Positions 38,397-48,690 are shown, counted from the stretch's first letter. The stretch is DNA of 64,000 bases from Candidatus Elulimicrobiales bacterium (GCA_034927475.1 JAYFPW010000006.1:9197-73196); one strand, 5' to 3'. Program-made: numbers and translations. The notes: generated from the sequence alone by a model not told the origin.

Positions 38397-39737
38397 ATGT
38401 TAGATATAAAAGCTTTAAATATAGCTCTTGAGACAATAGAGCAAGAAAAAAAGATTCCTCATGAGAGAGTAATCGATGCTGTAGAAAGATCTCTGGCAGC
38501 AGCTTATCAAAAAGAATACGGTAAAAAAGGGCAACTGATTCGTTGTCATATAAATTTTGATACAGGTGAAACTGCTTTTGAACAGATAAAAATAGTTGTA
38601 GATGAAACAACTGTTCGCATGGGAAGTGATGAAGATGATGAAGAGGAAGCTTTAGTTGAAGATAACCCTGAAGAAGTTTTGGTATTGCCTAAATATAATG
38701 AAGAAAAACATATTCTTTTATCTAGTGCAAAACTTTTAAAAAAGAATGTTGAGCTTGGGGATGAAATCTCATTTAACCTTGAAAATAAAAGCGATTTTGG
38801 ACGTATTGCTGCTCAGACAGCCAAGCAAGTTGTAGTTCAAAAAATTCGTGAAGCAGAAAATGAATCTATTGCTGGAGAATTTGAAGCAAGAGAAGGAAGT
38901 ATTATTTCTGGAATTGTGCAAAGAGCAGAAAGAGGAAATATTTTTGTCGATCTTGGTAGAACAACAGCTATTCTTCCTTTTGAAGAGCAAATTAGAAATG
39001 AAAAATTCCGCCCAGGACAAAGAATAAAAGCATATTTATATTCTATAGAAGAAGGTCCTCGCGGTCTTTCTATTCGCCTTTCAAGATCTCATCCAAAATT
39101 TTTAATTGAACTTTTTAAAGCGGAATCTTCTGAAATTGCCGACGGTACAGTAGAAATAATCACTGTGGCTAGAGAGCCTGGTAGTAGAAGTAAAATTGCT
39201 GTAAAAAGTAACGATCCAAGAATTGACCCAATTGGAGCTTGTGTTGGACAGAGAGGTGTGAGGGTTAACTCTATTAAAAATGAGCTTAACGGTGAAAATA
39301 TAGACATTATTAAATGGAGTGATGATGACAAAGAAAATATCGCCGCCTCCCTTTCGCCGGCTAAAGTTCATAGTATTGAAATTGATGAAGAAGAAAAGAA
39401 AGCTAAAGTTACCGTTAGTTTAGAAGAGCAATCTTTAGCTATTGGACGTGGAGGTCAAAATGTACGTTTAGCGGCAAAATTAACCGGCTGGAAAATCGAC
39501 GTTGCTGGCGAAGAGGGAGATTTAATTGTCGAAACAGATGAAGAAGGTGTAATTAATGGAGACGTTTTAGAAAATGAAACTGAAGACGGAGATGAAAATA
39601 AGGTTGAAAATCATACAGATTCTGCAGAAGCTGATAATTCAGAAGATGAGAATGCTGAAAATTTAGAAGAGAATAAAGAAGAATCAGCAGAAAATGAAGA
39701 AAAAGTTGATTCTGAGGAGGAAATTATTGAAGAATAA
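38397..39737 (+). CDS. nusA: Transcription termination factor NusA
   Basis: FGRIAAQTAKQV, AREPGSRSKIAV, GACVGQRG and AIGRGGQNVRLAAKLTGWKID; ATG at 38397. Confidence 0.97.
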   Translation: MLDIKALNIALETIEQEKKIPHERVIDAVERSLAAAYQKEYGKKGQLIRCHINFDTGETAFEQIKIVVDETTVRMGSDEDDEEEALVEDNPEEVLVLPKYNEEKHILLSSAKLLKKNVELGDEISFNLENKSDFGRIAAQTAKQVVVQKIREAENESIAGEFEAREGSIISGIVQRAERGNIFVDLGRTTAILPFEEQIRNEKFRPGQRIKAYLYSIEEGPRGLSIRLSRSHPKFLIELFKAESSEIADGTVEIITVAREPGSRSKIAVKSNDPRIDPIGACVGQRGVRVNSIKNELNGENIDIIKWSDDDKENIAASLSPAKVHSIEIDEEEKKAKVTVSLEEQSLAIGRGGQNVRLAAKLTGWKIDVAGEEGDLIVETDEEGVINGDVLENETEDGDENKVENHTDSAEADNSEDENAENLEENKEESAENEEKVDSEEEIIEE

Positions 39738-39751
39738 ATTTAAAAAATTAT

Positions 39752-40921
39752 ATGAAAGTAAAATTTGAAAATTTAGAAGATGGAGAAGTAAAAATGACTG
39801 TTTCTTTAGACAAAGAAGAGTTTGAAAAACATAGACAAGCTGGTTTTAAAAAGGTTCAGGAATTTATACAGATTGACGGTTTTAGAAAAGGTAATGTTCC
39901 AGAAAATGTCATTGTTGAAAAATATGGAGAAATGGTTATTTTGGAAGAAATGGCACATTTAGCCATTAACGACACTTTCTATTCTTCTATTATTAAAGAA
40001 AATGAAGATAAAAAGGATGATGAGAAAATTATCCCTCTTTCTGAGCCAAAGATTTCTATTACAAAAATTGGACAAGGGTCAGATCTCGAATATAACGCTG
40101 TTTTTTCAGTCCTTCCAAAAATAGATTTAGTAGATTATAAGAAAATAGCCAAAGAAGAGAATGAGAAGATAGAAAAAGAAGAGTTTGCTGAACTAAAAAA
40201 GAAAAACGACCAAGCTGTAAAAGAGGATATTTTAGAGGTTACCGAAGGGGAAGTTGTTGAAGTCCTTGAAAGTTTAAGAAAAACTAGATCTGGAGGAGGG
40301 CATGTTCATGAGGATGGGTCTGTACACTCTCATTCACACGAACATGTGGAAGAAGTTCCTCTAGAAGAAGGTGTAGAAAAGATAGAAAAAGAAGAACTTC
40401 CAGAATTAAACGATGAATTTGCACAAAGTTTTGGAGACCAATTTAAAACTTTAGATGAATTAAAGGCTAAGGTTAAAGAAAACTTAGTATTAGAAAAGAA
40501 ATCTAGACTACAAGAGAAAAAAAGAACCTCAATTTTAGAAAGATTGGTAACAGAAACCAAAACTGTATTACCAGAAGCTTTAATTGAAGACGAGTTAGAA
40601 AGAATGAAGTTACAAACTAAGGCTGATATTGAAAGATTTGGTAGTAAATGGGAAGAATATTTAACTCATTTAAAGAAAACCGAAGAAGATCTCAAGAGCG
40701 AATGGAGAGATATGGCTAGAAAAAGAGTAATGTCACAGCTTTTGATTAACGAAATAGCAAAAAAGGAGAAGGTGGAAGCCTCAAAAGAAGATATTGATGC
40801 CGAAGCTTTGAAAATTATGACTCAAATGCCAGAAGCAAATGAGAATAATGTGCGAGGATATGTACAGCAAATCCTGATTAACGAAAAAGTCATGAGAATG
40901 TTAGACGGAGAAGAAAAGTAA
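39752..40921 (+). CDS. tig: Trigger factor lacking the FKBP domain
   Basis: IDGFRKGNVP ribosome-binding motif; LPELNDEFA followed by the C-terminal domain. Confidence 0.9.
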   Translation: MKVKFENLEDGEVKMTVSLDKEEFEKHRQAGFKKVQEFIQIDGFRKGNVPENVIVEKYGEMVILEEMAHLAINDTFYSSIIKENEDKKDDEKIIPLSEPKISITKIGQGSDLEYNAVFSVLPKIDLVDYKKIAKEENEKIEKEEFAELKKKNDQAVKEDILEVTEGEVVEVLESLRKTRSGGGHVHEDGSVHSHSHEHVEEVPLEEGVEKIEKEELPELNDEFAQSFGDQFKTLDELKAKVKENLVLEKKSRLQEKKRTSILERLVTETKTVLPEALIEDELERMKLQTKADIERFGSKWEEYLTHLKKTEEDLKSEWRDMARKRVMSQLLINEIAKKEKVEASKEDIDAEALKIMTQMPEANENNVRGYVQQILINEKVMRMLDGEEK

Positions 40922-40934
40922 GGTTATTTAAAAT

Positions 40935-40962
40935 AAAAGCCCTCATAAAAGTGAGGGTTTTT
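40935..40962 (+). terminator. Intrinsic terminator after tig
   Basis: aaaagccctca-taaaag-tgagggttttt. Confidence 0.75.
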
Positions 40963-41040
40963 GTTTTTCTTCTATTTTTAGAACAGATGTTTTTTCTCCA
41001 CCAAGAGATTGTTTAGAACTTGTATCGAATTTAACTAAAA

Positions 41041-41226
41041 CAAAAAGACATTGCAAATATTTAAAAAGACAATATTTTTCTTAAAAATAAAAGACTTATT
41101 TTTTATAAAGGACATAAAAAGACAAAAATTTATAAAGGACATTTAAGAAAATTTACATAAAGGACAAGTTATCCACAGATATTTTCATAAAAGACATTGC
41201 ATTTAATTTAATGTCGTTTATAATAT
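41041..41226. repeat. Array of ~8 AAAnGACA/TGTCnTTT motifs with a perfect DnaA box (41169-41177) and a sigma70-like promoter
   Basis: ataaaggaca-taaaaagaca-ataaaggaca-ataaaggaca-agTTATCCACA-cataaaagaca-TTGCAT-N16-TATAAT. Confidence 0.75.
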
Positions 41227-41231
41227 AAACA

Positions 41232-41310
41232 GGGTGAGCAGCTTAGGATAAAAGCGCAACCCGGCTTACGGGAATAATAAAAATAATATCCTATAAAGCT
41301 GGTTCTCACC
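41232..41310 (+). ncRNA. Candidate structured non-coding RNA (unknown family)
   Basis: Nested pairings ggtgag/ctcacc, cagctt/aagctg, taggata/tatccta and cccg/cggg directly after a TATAAT; no ORF. Confidence 0.5.
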
Positions 41311-41884
41311 AAACAGTTCGTTACAAGCAACACAAGTTGCATAATAGCTAAAATAAACTAATAATAAATAATAGCACCCAACTTATATATTTTTGTTTGT
41401 CTTTTATAACTTTTAGACAAATAACTCAAAAGTATCTTAAATGTCTTTTATAAAAATAATAATCATCATAAAAGACATAAGCATTGAAAAATGCATCTCA
41501 AATACTAGAGGATGATACCTCACTAAAAACAATCAATATTATTCGTGTCCAGCGAATTAAATCCTTTCCAAAGATTTAGCTCGCTGGACATGAGAAATAT
41601 CAAACTCTCCAATTATTCAGCGTCATGGTTGAGCCAAGCTCCCGGTTGAAATATGGGGAGTTTTTTATTTGCAATTTTATATATAAAAATAACAATTATT
41701 TTAAATATTTTGTCAAGTTGTATTTTTTTCAAAAAAAGCTTTATACTATAAGGGTATTCTTGAAATTCGTTTTTTAAAATAAAAGCGAAAGAAAAGAATG
41801 TGCGCATATTAATAATATTTAAGATAATCCTAGGAAAATATCTTAAATTTAATTTTAAAAAACAAATTTAATTTAAATAAAAAT

Positions 41885-42157
41885 ATGAATAAAGTAGCAC
41901 TTGCAGAAGAGATCAATAAAATCTTAAATACTTCTAAAGCAGAATCAGAAAGAGTTGTTGAAGCTTTGTTTGATTCAATTGCTCACGCTCTTAAAAAAGG
42001 AGAAGAAGTATCAGTAGCAGGATTTGGAAAATTCTCTGTTAAACACAGAAAAGCTAGAGAAGCCAGAAATCCTAAGACTGGAGAAACTGTAAAAGTTCCA
42101 GCATCAAACGCTGTAAAGTTTTCAGTTGCTAAAGCTCTCAAAGAAGCTGTAAAGTAA
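41885..42157 (+). CDS. hup: DNA-binding protein HU
   Basis: GFGKFSVKHRKAREARNPKTGETVKVPA. Confidence 0.97.
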   Translation: MNKVALAEEINKILNTSKAESERVVEALFDSIAHALKKGEEVSVAGFGKFSVKHRKAREARNPKTGETVKVPASNAVKFSVAKALKEAVK

Positions 42158-42219
42158 TTTACTTTTAGATAAAAATAAAAGACCGACTATTTTAGTTGGT
42201 CTTTTGTTTTTTTTAAATC

Positions 42220-42804
42220 TTAGTTTTCCAAAAACATATTGTCTGGAAGGTGAGAAAGTTTAATTATATATCCCCTCCTTCTTTTTTCAGTTTTTGAAAT
42301 TTGAGCAGATGCATGTTTACTTGTTTTGTTTAAATAAGTTTCTGAGTAGATATGATCATAATAATCATCTCCAAGATAAGTTCCTAAATATGTAGGAATA
42401 TATTTGTCGATAATATCTTTTTCAACCTGTTCGAGCCATCTTATATTTGCTTCCTTCGTTGAACGTCTGTCATAAACAAACAGAGGAGAAGAAATACTGT
42501 TAACCCAAGAATATTTTAAAAATTCTGGATTATCGGTTACAAAGATAATCTTTTTAAACAACAAGGCTTTAAGAAGAAACTTTTTAAAAGATTTTCTCTC
42601 AGAGTCTTTAACAGACATATTTTTGCTTTTAAACGCCAGAAAGTAGTCGGAGTAAAATATTTTATACCCTTCGTCTTTCCACTCTTCAATCGAATTAATC
42701 ATTCGCTGAGACCTTGTCCCAACCAAGATTTTTGCTCTTAGTTTTAAGCTATATAAAATGTACAGCGTTAAAAGTAGCAATAAAATAAACACTAAAGTTC
42801 CCAT
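42220..42804 (-). CDS. Hypothetical protein with an N-terminal TM helix
   Basis: 194-aa ORF with no recognisable family. Confidence 0.6.
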   Translation of the reverse strand: MGTLVFILLLLLTLYILYSLKLRAKILVGTRSQRMINSIEEWKDEGYKIFYSDYFLAFKSKNMSVKDSERKSFKKFLLKALLFKKIIFVTDNPEFLKYSWVNSISSPLFVYDRRSTKEANIRWLEQVEKDIIDKYIPTYLGTYLGDDYYDHIYSETYLNKTSKHASAQISKTEKRRRGYIIKLSHLPDNMFLEN

Positions 42805-43018
42805 TTTTAATTTTTTTAAAAGTTAATATTATTTTTTAAGTACTATTCTAAAAGAAAATTACCATAATTATATAGTAATGTCAAATATACCCATTTCTAA
42901 AAATCCCCTTCTGTGGTATAGTAATTTCATACAGAAAGGTTGCTAGACTTTATTGTTCTGAATGAGATTACGAAAGAATTTGATTATTAATTGAAATTTT
43001 GAAACTAAAAAATAAAAT

Positions 43019-43603
43019 ATGTTAATACCAACAGTCTTGGAAAAGACACAAAATGGCGAGCGTGCTTATGATATTTACTCTCGCCTCTTAAAAGAAAGGA
43101 TTATTTTTCTAGGAGAAGAAATAAATGAGCACACTTCTAATCTAGTTATAGCGCAGCTACTTTTTTTAGAAGCAGAAGATTCTAAAAAGGACATTACTTT
43201 ATACATTTCATCTCCCGGAGGACTAGTATCTGGGACACTTGCAATGATAGATACCATTAATCACATTAAATGTGACGTCTCTACTGTTTGTGTAGGGATG
43301 GCGGCTTCTGGAGGAGCTTGGCTTCTTTCTTCTGGAACAAAAGGAAAAAGATTTATACTTCCAAATGCGGAAGTGATGATTCATCAACCTCTTGGTGGAG
43401 CACAAGGACAAACTACAGATATTCTCATTACCGCTGAACAATATAGAAAACATCGTGAACTTTTAGCAGAAATGATGGCAAAGAATACTGGACAAAAGAA
43501 AGAAAAAGTTCTAAAAGACTTGGAAAGAGACTATTGGATGAGTGGAGAAGAAGCAAAAAAATACGGCATCGTTGATGAAGTTTTAAAACCAAAGAAGAAA
43601 TAA
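43019..43603 (+). CDS. clpP: ATP-dependent Clp protease proteolytic subunit
   Basis: [33 protein letters not shown] and ERDYWM. Confidence 0.98.
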   Translation: MLIPTVLEKTQNGERAYDIYSRLLKERIIFLGEEINEHTSNLVIAQLLFLEAEDSKKDITLYISSPGGLVSGTLAMIDTINHIKCDVSTVCVGMAASGGAWLLSSGTKGKRFILPNAEVMIHQPLGGAQGQTTDILITAEQYRKHRELLAEMMAKNTGQKKEKVLKDLERDYWMSGEEAKKYGIVDEVLKPKKK

Positions 43604-43632
43604 TACTCTTCAGTATATTTTAATTTAAAAAT

Positions 43633-45141
43633 ATGAAAGAAGTATTTTTTATAAACTTTAACTTATTATTTATTTTGTTGGCAGCTATTGCTGGACTTGT
43701 GCTTGGTTATGTCGGAAGACATTATGTGGCTTTACTTAGAAAAAATTCAGTAGAAAATGAAATTGAGAGAAGACTTGAAGACGCTAAGAAAAATGCAAAA
43801 GAAATCGAAGACGCATCAAAAAAAGATGCTGACGAAATGAAACAAAGATTAGATAAAACAGAAGCTAGGTTAGATAAAAAAGAAGACGAATTAGAATCTC
43901 GCGAAGAAGCTGTCAAATTAGAAAAAGAAAAACTTTTCTCTGCAGCAGAAGAAGTAAAAAATATACAAGAAAGAGTTTTAGAAAAAGAAAAAGGTATTAA
44001 CAAAGAACTTGAAAAAGTCGCATCTCTTTCCGAAGAAGAGGCTAGAAAAATTTTAATAGAAAAAGTTGAGAGGGATAGCGGGGAAGATATTAAGTCTCGC
44101 CTATTAAAAATTTCTCGTGATGGGGAGAAAAAAATAGAAGAAAAAGCCAAAGATATTTTAGTTTCTGTAATACACAGATTAGCCAATTCAAATATTACAG
44201 AATTCATGACTTCTGTAGTAGAAATCGAAGATGAAGAAATCAAAGGTAAAATAATTGGTAAAGAAGGAAGAAATATTAAAACTTTTGAAAGGGCAAGTGG
44301 AGTAGAATTATTAATCGATGAAATTCCAAACGCTGTAGTCATTTCTTGTTTCGATCCAATTAGAAGAGCTATAGCAAAAAATGCTTTAGAAGGTCTTATA
44401 AAAGACGGAAGAATTCAACCAGCTCGCATTGAAGAATTTTTAGAAAAATCAAAAAGAGAAATAGGAACATTTATTCGCCAAAAAGGAGAAGAAGCTATCA
44501 GGGAAACTGGAATTTTAAATATTCCAGATGACATATTGCCGATTTTAGGAAGGCTTTATTTTAGAACAAGTTATGGACAGAATGTTTTAGATCACTCTAT
44601 AGAAATGTCTCATATTGCAGGTATGCTCGCCAGTGAGCTTGGTGCAGATGTGCAAGTAGCCAAAGCCGGAGCCTTACTTCACGATATTGGAAAAACTGTC
44701 GATCATGAAATTACTGGTACACATGTAGAAATTGGAAGAAGAATTTTGATGAAATACGGTGTAGATGAAAAAGTTATTTTAGCAATGCAAGCCCATCATG
44801 AAGAATATCCTTACGAAACTTTAGAATCTGTAATAGTTCAAGTAGCTGATACAATTTCTGGATCTCGTCCAGGAGCTAGAAGAGATTCTATAGAAAATTA
44901 TATTAAAAGACTTTCCGATTTAGAAAATTTAGCCATGAGTTTTCTTGGTATAGAAAAAGTTTATGCTTTGCAAGCTGGTAGAGAAATAAGAGTTTTTGTG
45001 GAGCCAAAATTGGTTAGTGATTTAGAAGCTTTATCTTTAGCTAGAAATATTGCTCTTAAAATTGAAACTGAAATTAAGTATCCAGGTGAGATTAAAATTA
45101 ATGTGATTCGTGAGAGTAGAGTGATAGAATTTGCGAGATAG
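43633..45141 (+). CDS. rny: Ribonuclease Y
   Basis: N-terminal TM, coiled coil, KH domain (KGKIIGKEGRNI), HD motif (LLHDIGK) and SRPGARR. Confidence 0.97.
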   Translation: MKEVFFINFNLLFILLAAIAGLVLGYVGRHYVALLRKNSVENEIERRLEDAKKNAKEIEDASKKDADEMKQRLDKTEARLDKKEDELESREEAVKLEKEKLFSAAEEVKNIQERVLEKEKGINKELEKVASLSEEEARKILIEKVERDSGEDIKSRLLKISRDGEKKIEEKAKDILVSVIHRLANSNITEFMTSVVEIEDEEIKGKIIGKEGRNIKTFERASGVELLIDEIPNAVVISCFDPIRRAIAKNALEGLIKDGRIQPARIEEFLEKSKREIGTFIRQKGEEAIRETGILNIPDDILPILGRLYFRTSYGQNVLDHSIEMSHIAGMLASELGADVQVAKAGALLHDIGKTVDHEITGTHVEIGRRILMKYGVDEKVILAMQAHHEEYPYETLESVIVQVADTISGSRPGARRDSIENYIKRLSDLENLAMSFLGIEKVYALQAGREIRVFVEPKLVSDLEALSLARNIALKIETEIKYPGEIKINVIRESRVIEFAR

Positions 45142-45208
45142 GGTTTAAAAAATAAAAAACTACCTTTAAGGTAGTTTTTTATTTTTATACTTAATAAGTT
45201 TCTTTTAA

Positions 45209-45545
45209 TTATTGATTAGCCATTTCTATGACTACTCCCGTTGCTTCTGGAAGATTATTACTAAATATATAGATGTAACCATCCCAGTCAGTTGCCACCA
45301 ATTTTGTTCCATCGGCAGAGGATGTGATAGAAGACCAGTATGGCATTAAACTCTCAGCTCCCCCCTCCTTCCAAGTTTCGCCACCATCTATTGACATATA
45401 AATTACTCCATCATATGTTGTTGCAGCCAACCTTGCGTCGCTAGCAGAAGATGTAACGGAAGCTTAATAAGACTCACTATTCGAAGCTTCACTCTCAGTC
45501 CATTTTTTCCCATCGTCTGCAGAGTGATAGAGTTTGCCAGGTAGT
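45209..45545 (-). pseudogene. 5'-truncated BNR beta-propeller remnant with an in-frame TAA
   Basis: PGKLYHSADDGKKWTESEASNSESY*ASVTSSASDARLAATTYDGVIYMSIDGGETW...SNNLPEATGVVIEMANQ; the stop at 45464-45466 replaces a conserved Trp; no start or signal peptide. Confidence 0.8.
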
Positions 45546-45628
45546 TTTAAAAAATAAATATAAATTTAAAAATACAAATTCAAAAGCCCACGCCTTCAGT
45601 ACGGATCTTTTCTTCTTTAAAAAAATTC

Positions 45629-47920
45629 TTATTTCCTAATTTTTGCAACTACGCCTCTGGCTTGAGGAAGTTCATTGTACAACCTGTAAATCTTTGGTGT
45701 CTCTGTATTATCAGAATATTCCCATCTGACAAACATACTTTCTCCAGATCCAGACATGCTAACAATTGGGCTGTACCCCTTCGGAACACCAATCTCCTTA
45801 TTCCAAGTTTCTCCACAGTCTAAAGAAGAGTAAATATCTCCATCCCAATCAGAAATCAAAATCTTGTATCCATCATCAGAAATAGCCACACCGTTCCAAT
45901 AATCGGAACCGAGAGAGGTTATCTCTTTCCACGTCGCCCCTCCATCTCTAGATATAAGTGAGTAACCAGGATTTACACCTTCTATTGGTAACGGTTTGGT
46001 AATAACTATGGTCTTGCCATCTTTAGACGCATCTATTCCAGTAACAAGAGATAATAAAGGAGGATTTGTGTCTACCCAAGTTTTTCCTTCATCAGTAGAA
46101 ATATAAACACTGTCTGTAAAAGCAATAAATTTACTTCCACTATTTTCTACAAAAAGTTTTTTATTATACCAATATCCGCCTCTAGCAAGCTCTTCATGTT
46201 CTTCATATTCAATGTCTTCTAGTATAAAGTTTTCATCTAAAAGACTCTGTATTTCTAATTTGAAGAAATATAAGTAACCTATAAAATAGAGATATTTACC
46301 ATCAGGAGAAATATCGAAAGCGTCAAAAAAGATAGGAAAATCTGGAGGAAAATCATTCCAGGTATCACCACCGTCTAGAGAGAATATTGAATCTTCTGTT
46401 ATTCCATAAATCTTGTTTCCAAGAAATATAACTTCTCCATTTTCAGACATCTTTAAATCTACCCAATCGCCTAATGGAGCGCTACTGAGATTCCAATCTT
46501 GACCATAGTTATTAGAAATATAGACACTACCTTCTGATAAGGCCACAACCTTGTCTCCTTTCTTAGAAATTGCTAAAGAATCCAAAGACATTTGTCCAAT
46601 TTCTAACCAATCATTATATGTTAAAAGAAAGATATTATCTTCACTATAAGCAATACCTTTTTCATTCTCTACGAAAAATCTATAACGATAATAAGAGTTG
46701 GGTGTTAAATTTGTTGCGGTAGCTGTAAAAGTTCCCACATTAAAACTATCTGCTTCTTCTAAGATTTCATACGTACAAGAACTTTCCAGTGTAGCGCTTG
46801 AACAATATTCTACTCCTCGCCTTGTATGATTTGTGTTAATAAAAGCAGAAAAAGAAACTTCTGTTTGATTTCTAATAGCATAGGATAACGAAAATATTTT
46901 CGGTTTTTCTAATTCACCATATGAGTAAATATATCCATTTTGAAATCCAACAAAAAAATTCTTACCTTCACCATCTACAGAAATAGTTGTAGCTGACCAT
47001 TCTTCATCAGGTTTTAATACCTCTTTCCAACTTTTTCCACCATCAATAGAAAGTCCTATTTGATAGGCATTAATGGTCATTGATTTATTCCCGTCTCTAG
47101 AAGTGGCTAGTCCAGATGCTGCATAGCTCGGAGATTCAGCTTTATGCCAAGTATCTCCTCCATCTGTAGAATATGAGACAACTGCACCATTGGTTGCGGT
47201 TATTATTATGTTGTTTTCATCATCAGAGACTGATAAATCTTCCCAATACCAATAACCATCGTCATAAGTATAAGTGGTTATTGGTTTAGATATCCAAGTG
47301 GCTCCGTAATTATTTGAGATGAAAAAAGCGTCAGACCATCCGACAGATAGGATCTTTTCCCCATTTGGGGATACGTAAATATCTTTAGGATTTATGGGAT
47401 CAGTAGAACTTGCCCAACTTTCTCCAGAATCAGTTGACACATAAACCCTTATGCGATAATCATTTCTGTTATGAGCTATAGTCCCAATGGTTTTTCCATC
47501 ATCTGATAAGGATATATTGTGCCAATAGTCAACTTCAGGCGGATTATTTAAAGAGCTCCATGTTGCTCCAAAATCGGAAGATAGGTATATATAATTTTTT
47601 CCAGAAGCTATTACATATTTTCCGTCTGGAGAAGAATTAATATCTGACCAATGTTGAACGGGAAAACTTTTTAATTCCCAGGTATTTCCTTTGTCTTTAG
47701 ATATATAAATATTTTCACCATAATTTTCAATTGCAGCCAGTTGATTTCCGTCAGAAGAAGAGGTTATGGCTTTCCAATTTCTTTTGCCTGCATTAGTTTT
47801 AGCAGTCCAAACCATAGATATATTTGTCGTAGTAGCTTCTTGCGCAAAACTAAGACCAAAAGAAAAAAGTAGAGAAAGGATAAAGGCAGTAATAGTGAGT
47901 TTTTTAATAATATTTTTCAT
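45629..47920 (-). CDS. Secreted BNR/Asp-box double beta-propeller protein with an Fn3-like linker (putative adhesin)
   Basis: Signal peptide; many SxDxGxTW boxes; linker NLTPNSYYRYRFFVENEKG; C-terminus YNELPQARGVVAKIRK. Confidence 0.88.
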   Translation of the reverse strand: MKNIIKKLTITAFILSLLFSFGLSFAQEATTTNISMVWTAKTNAGKRNWKAITSSSDGNQLAAIENYGENIYISKDKGNTWELKSFPVQHWSDINSSPDGKYVIASGKNYIYLSSDFGATWSSLNNPPEVDYWHNISLSDDGKTIGTIAHNRNDYRIRVYVSTDSGESWASSTDPINPKDIYVSPNGEKILSVGWSDAFFISNNYGATWISKPITTYTYDDGYWYWEDLSVSDDENNIIITATNGAVVSYSTDGGDTWHKAESPSYAASGLATSRDGNKSMTINAYQIGLSIDGGKSWKEVLKPDEEWSATTISVDGEGKNFFVGFQNGYIYSYGELEKPKIFSLSYAIRNQTEVSFSAFINTNHTRRGVEYCSSATLESSCTYEILEEADSFNVGTFTATATNLTPNSYYRYRFFVENEKGIAYSEDNIFLLTYNDWLEIGQMSLDSLAISKKGDKVVALSEGSVYISNNYGQDWNLSSAPLGDWVDLKMSENGEVIFLGNKIYGITEDSIFSLDGGDTWNDFPPDFPIFFDAFDISPDGKYLYFIGYLYFFKLEIQSLLDENFILEDIEYEEHEELARGGYWYNKKLFVENSGSKFIAFTDSVYISTDEGKTWVDTNPPLLSLVTGIDASKDGKTIVITKPLPIEGVNPGYSLISRDGGATWKEITSLGSDYWNGVAISDDGYKILISDWDGDIYSSLDCGETWNKEIGVPKGYSPIVSMSGSGESMFVRWEYSDNTETPKIYRLYNELPQARGVVAKIRK

Positions 47921-48080
47921 AAAAATTTTTATAATTTGTTTTTATTTTTTAATTAGATAATTTATACAAAGAAAAAGATGCCTAGAACAAAAAGCTCTAA
48001 GCACCCTTACTTATATATTTATATTATAAACGACATTTTATAAAAGACAAGTTTTCATAAAGGACAAGATGGGGATAACT
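47921..48080 (-). promoter_or_regulatory. Conserved upstream module, copy 1 (DnaA-like box, 3x TGTCnTTTAT, TATAAT, leader hairpin)
   Basis: Reverse complement is nearly identical to 62211-62377. Confidence 0.85.
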
Positions 48081-48153
48081 TCTTTGTTAAGTTTGTTAAA
48101 GATAAACTTTTACTTTTTATTTTTTTATATATACTTATATTTGTAAACACAGT

Positions 48154-48690
48154 ATGAATTATTATAAGAGTATTATCTATATTTCGCTTTTAGCTCTCAC
48201 AGTCAGTGTGGGAGTTACTTTTGCGCAAACTACAACCCCAGCTTCTTCTACAGAAGAGACTTCTGTAGAAGTCTCTTTACCTATGGATAAATCAGAATTT
48301 CTTTTATATTATGGTATTACTGAAAAAGATGAGATAAATACGGAAATTGCGACCTTAAGAAAAGATTTTATTCAAAAAGTCGAAAATTTAAAGACTGAAT
48401 ATCAAAAAAACTTTGAAAAAACAGTTCAAAATCAAGATTTAAAACTTCCTAATTCTACTCAAGTAGAAAATGTTGAATCAGAAAAATCTGAAACAACTAA
48501 AGCTGAAGCTTCGAAAAGATCTATAGAAATAAAGCCTCTTCAAAGCAAAACCACTACTGCAAAAGTCACTTTGACAGATAAAAAAGAAATATTAATGGCT
48601 CCTATTATAAATATTACCAGCACTAAAGCTACTCCATACACAGAAAATAGTTCTTGGTTCCAAAAAATAAAATCATTGTTCAAGTGGTAA
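48154..48690 (+). CDS. Secreted hypothetical protein
   Basis: Signal peptide ending TFA; coiled coil; amphipathic C-terminus WFQKIKSLFKW. Confidence 0.72.
   Translation: MNYYKSIIYISLLALTVSVGVTFAQTTTPASSTEETSVEVSLPMDKSEFLLYYGITEKDEINTEIATLRKDFIQKVENLKTEYQKNFEKTVQNQDLKLPNSTQVENVESEKSETTKAEASKRSIEIKPLQSKTTTAKVTLTDKKEILMAPIINITSTKATPYTENSSWFQKIKSLFKW

Noticed and set aside
41232-41667. tmRNA (short reading frame PNSSLQATQVA* at ~41309-41344)
   Set aside because: No GGGG 5' end, no T-arm or CCA 3' end, and no typical resume-codon context.
41613-41807. 64-aa minus-strand ORF upstream of hup
   Set aside because: Low-complexity translation of AT-rich promoter DNA overlapping a hairpin; no family signal.
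42925-43000. Possible structured leader upstream of clpP
   Set aside because: Only a weak cagaa/ttctg pairing; no recognisable CtsR/CIRCE operator or riboswitch motif.
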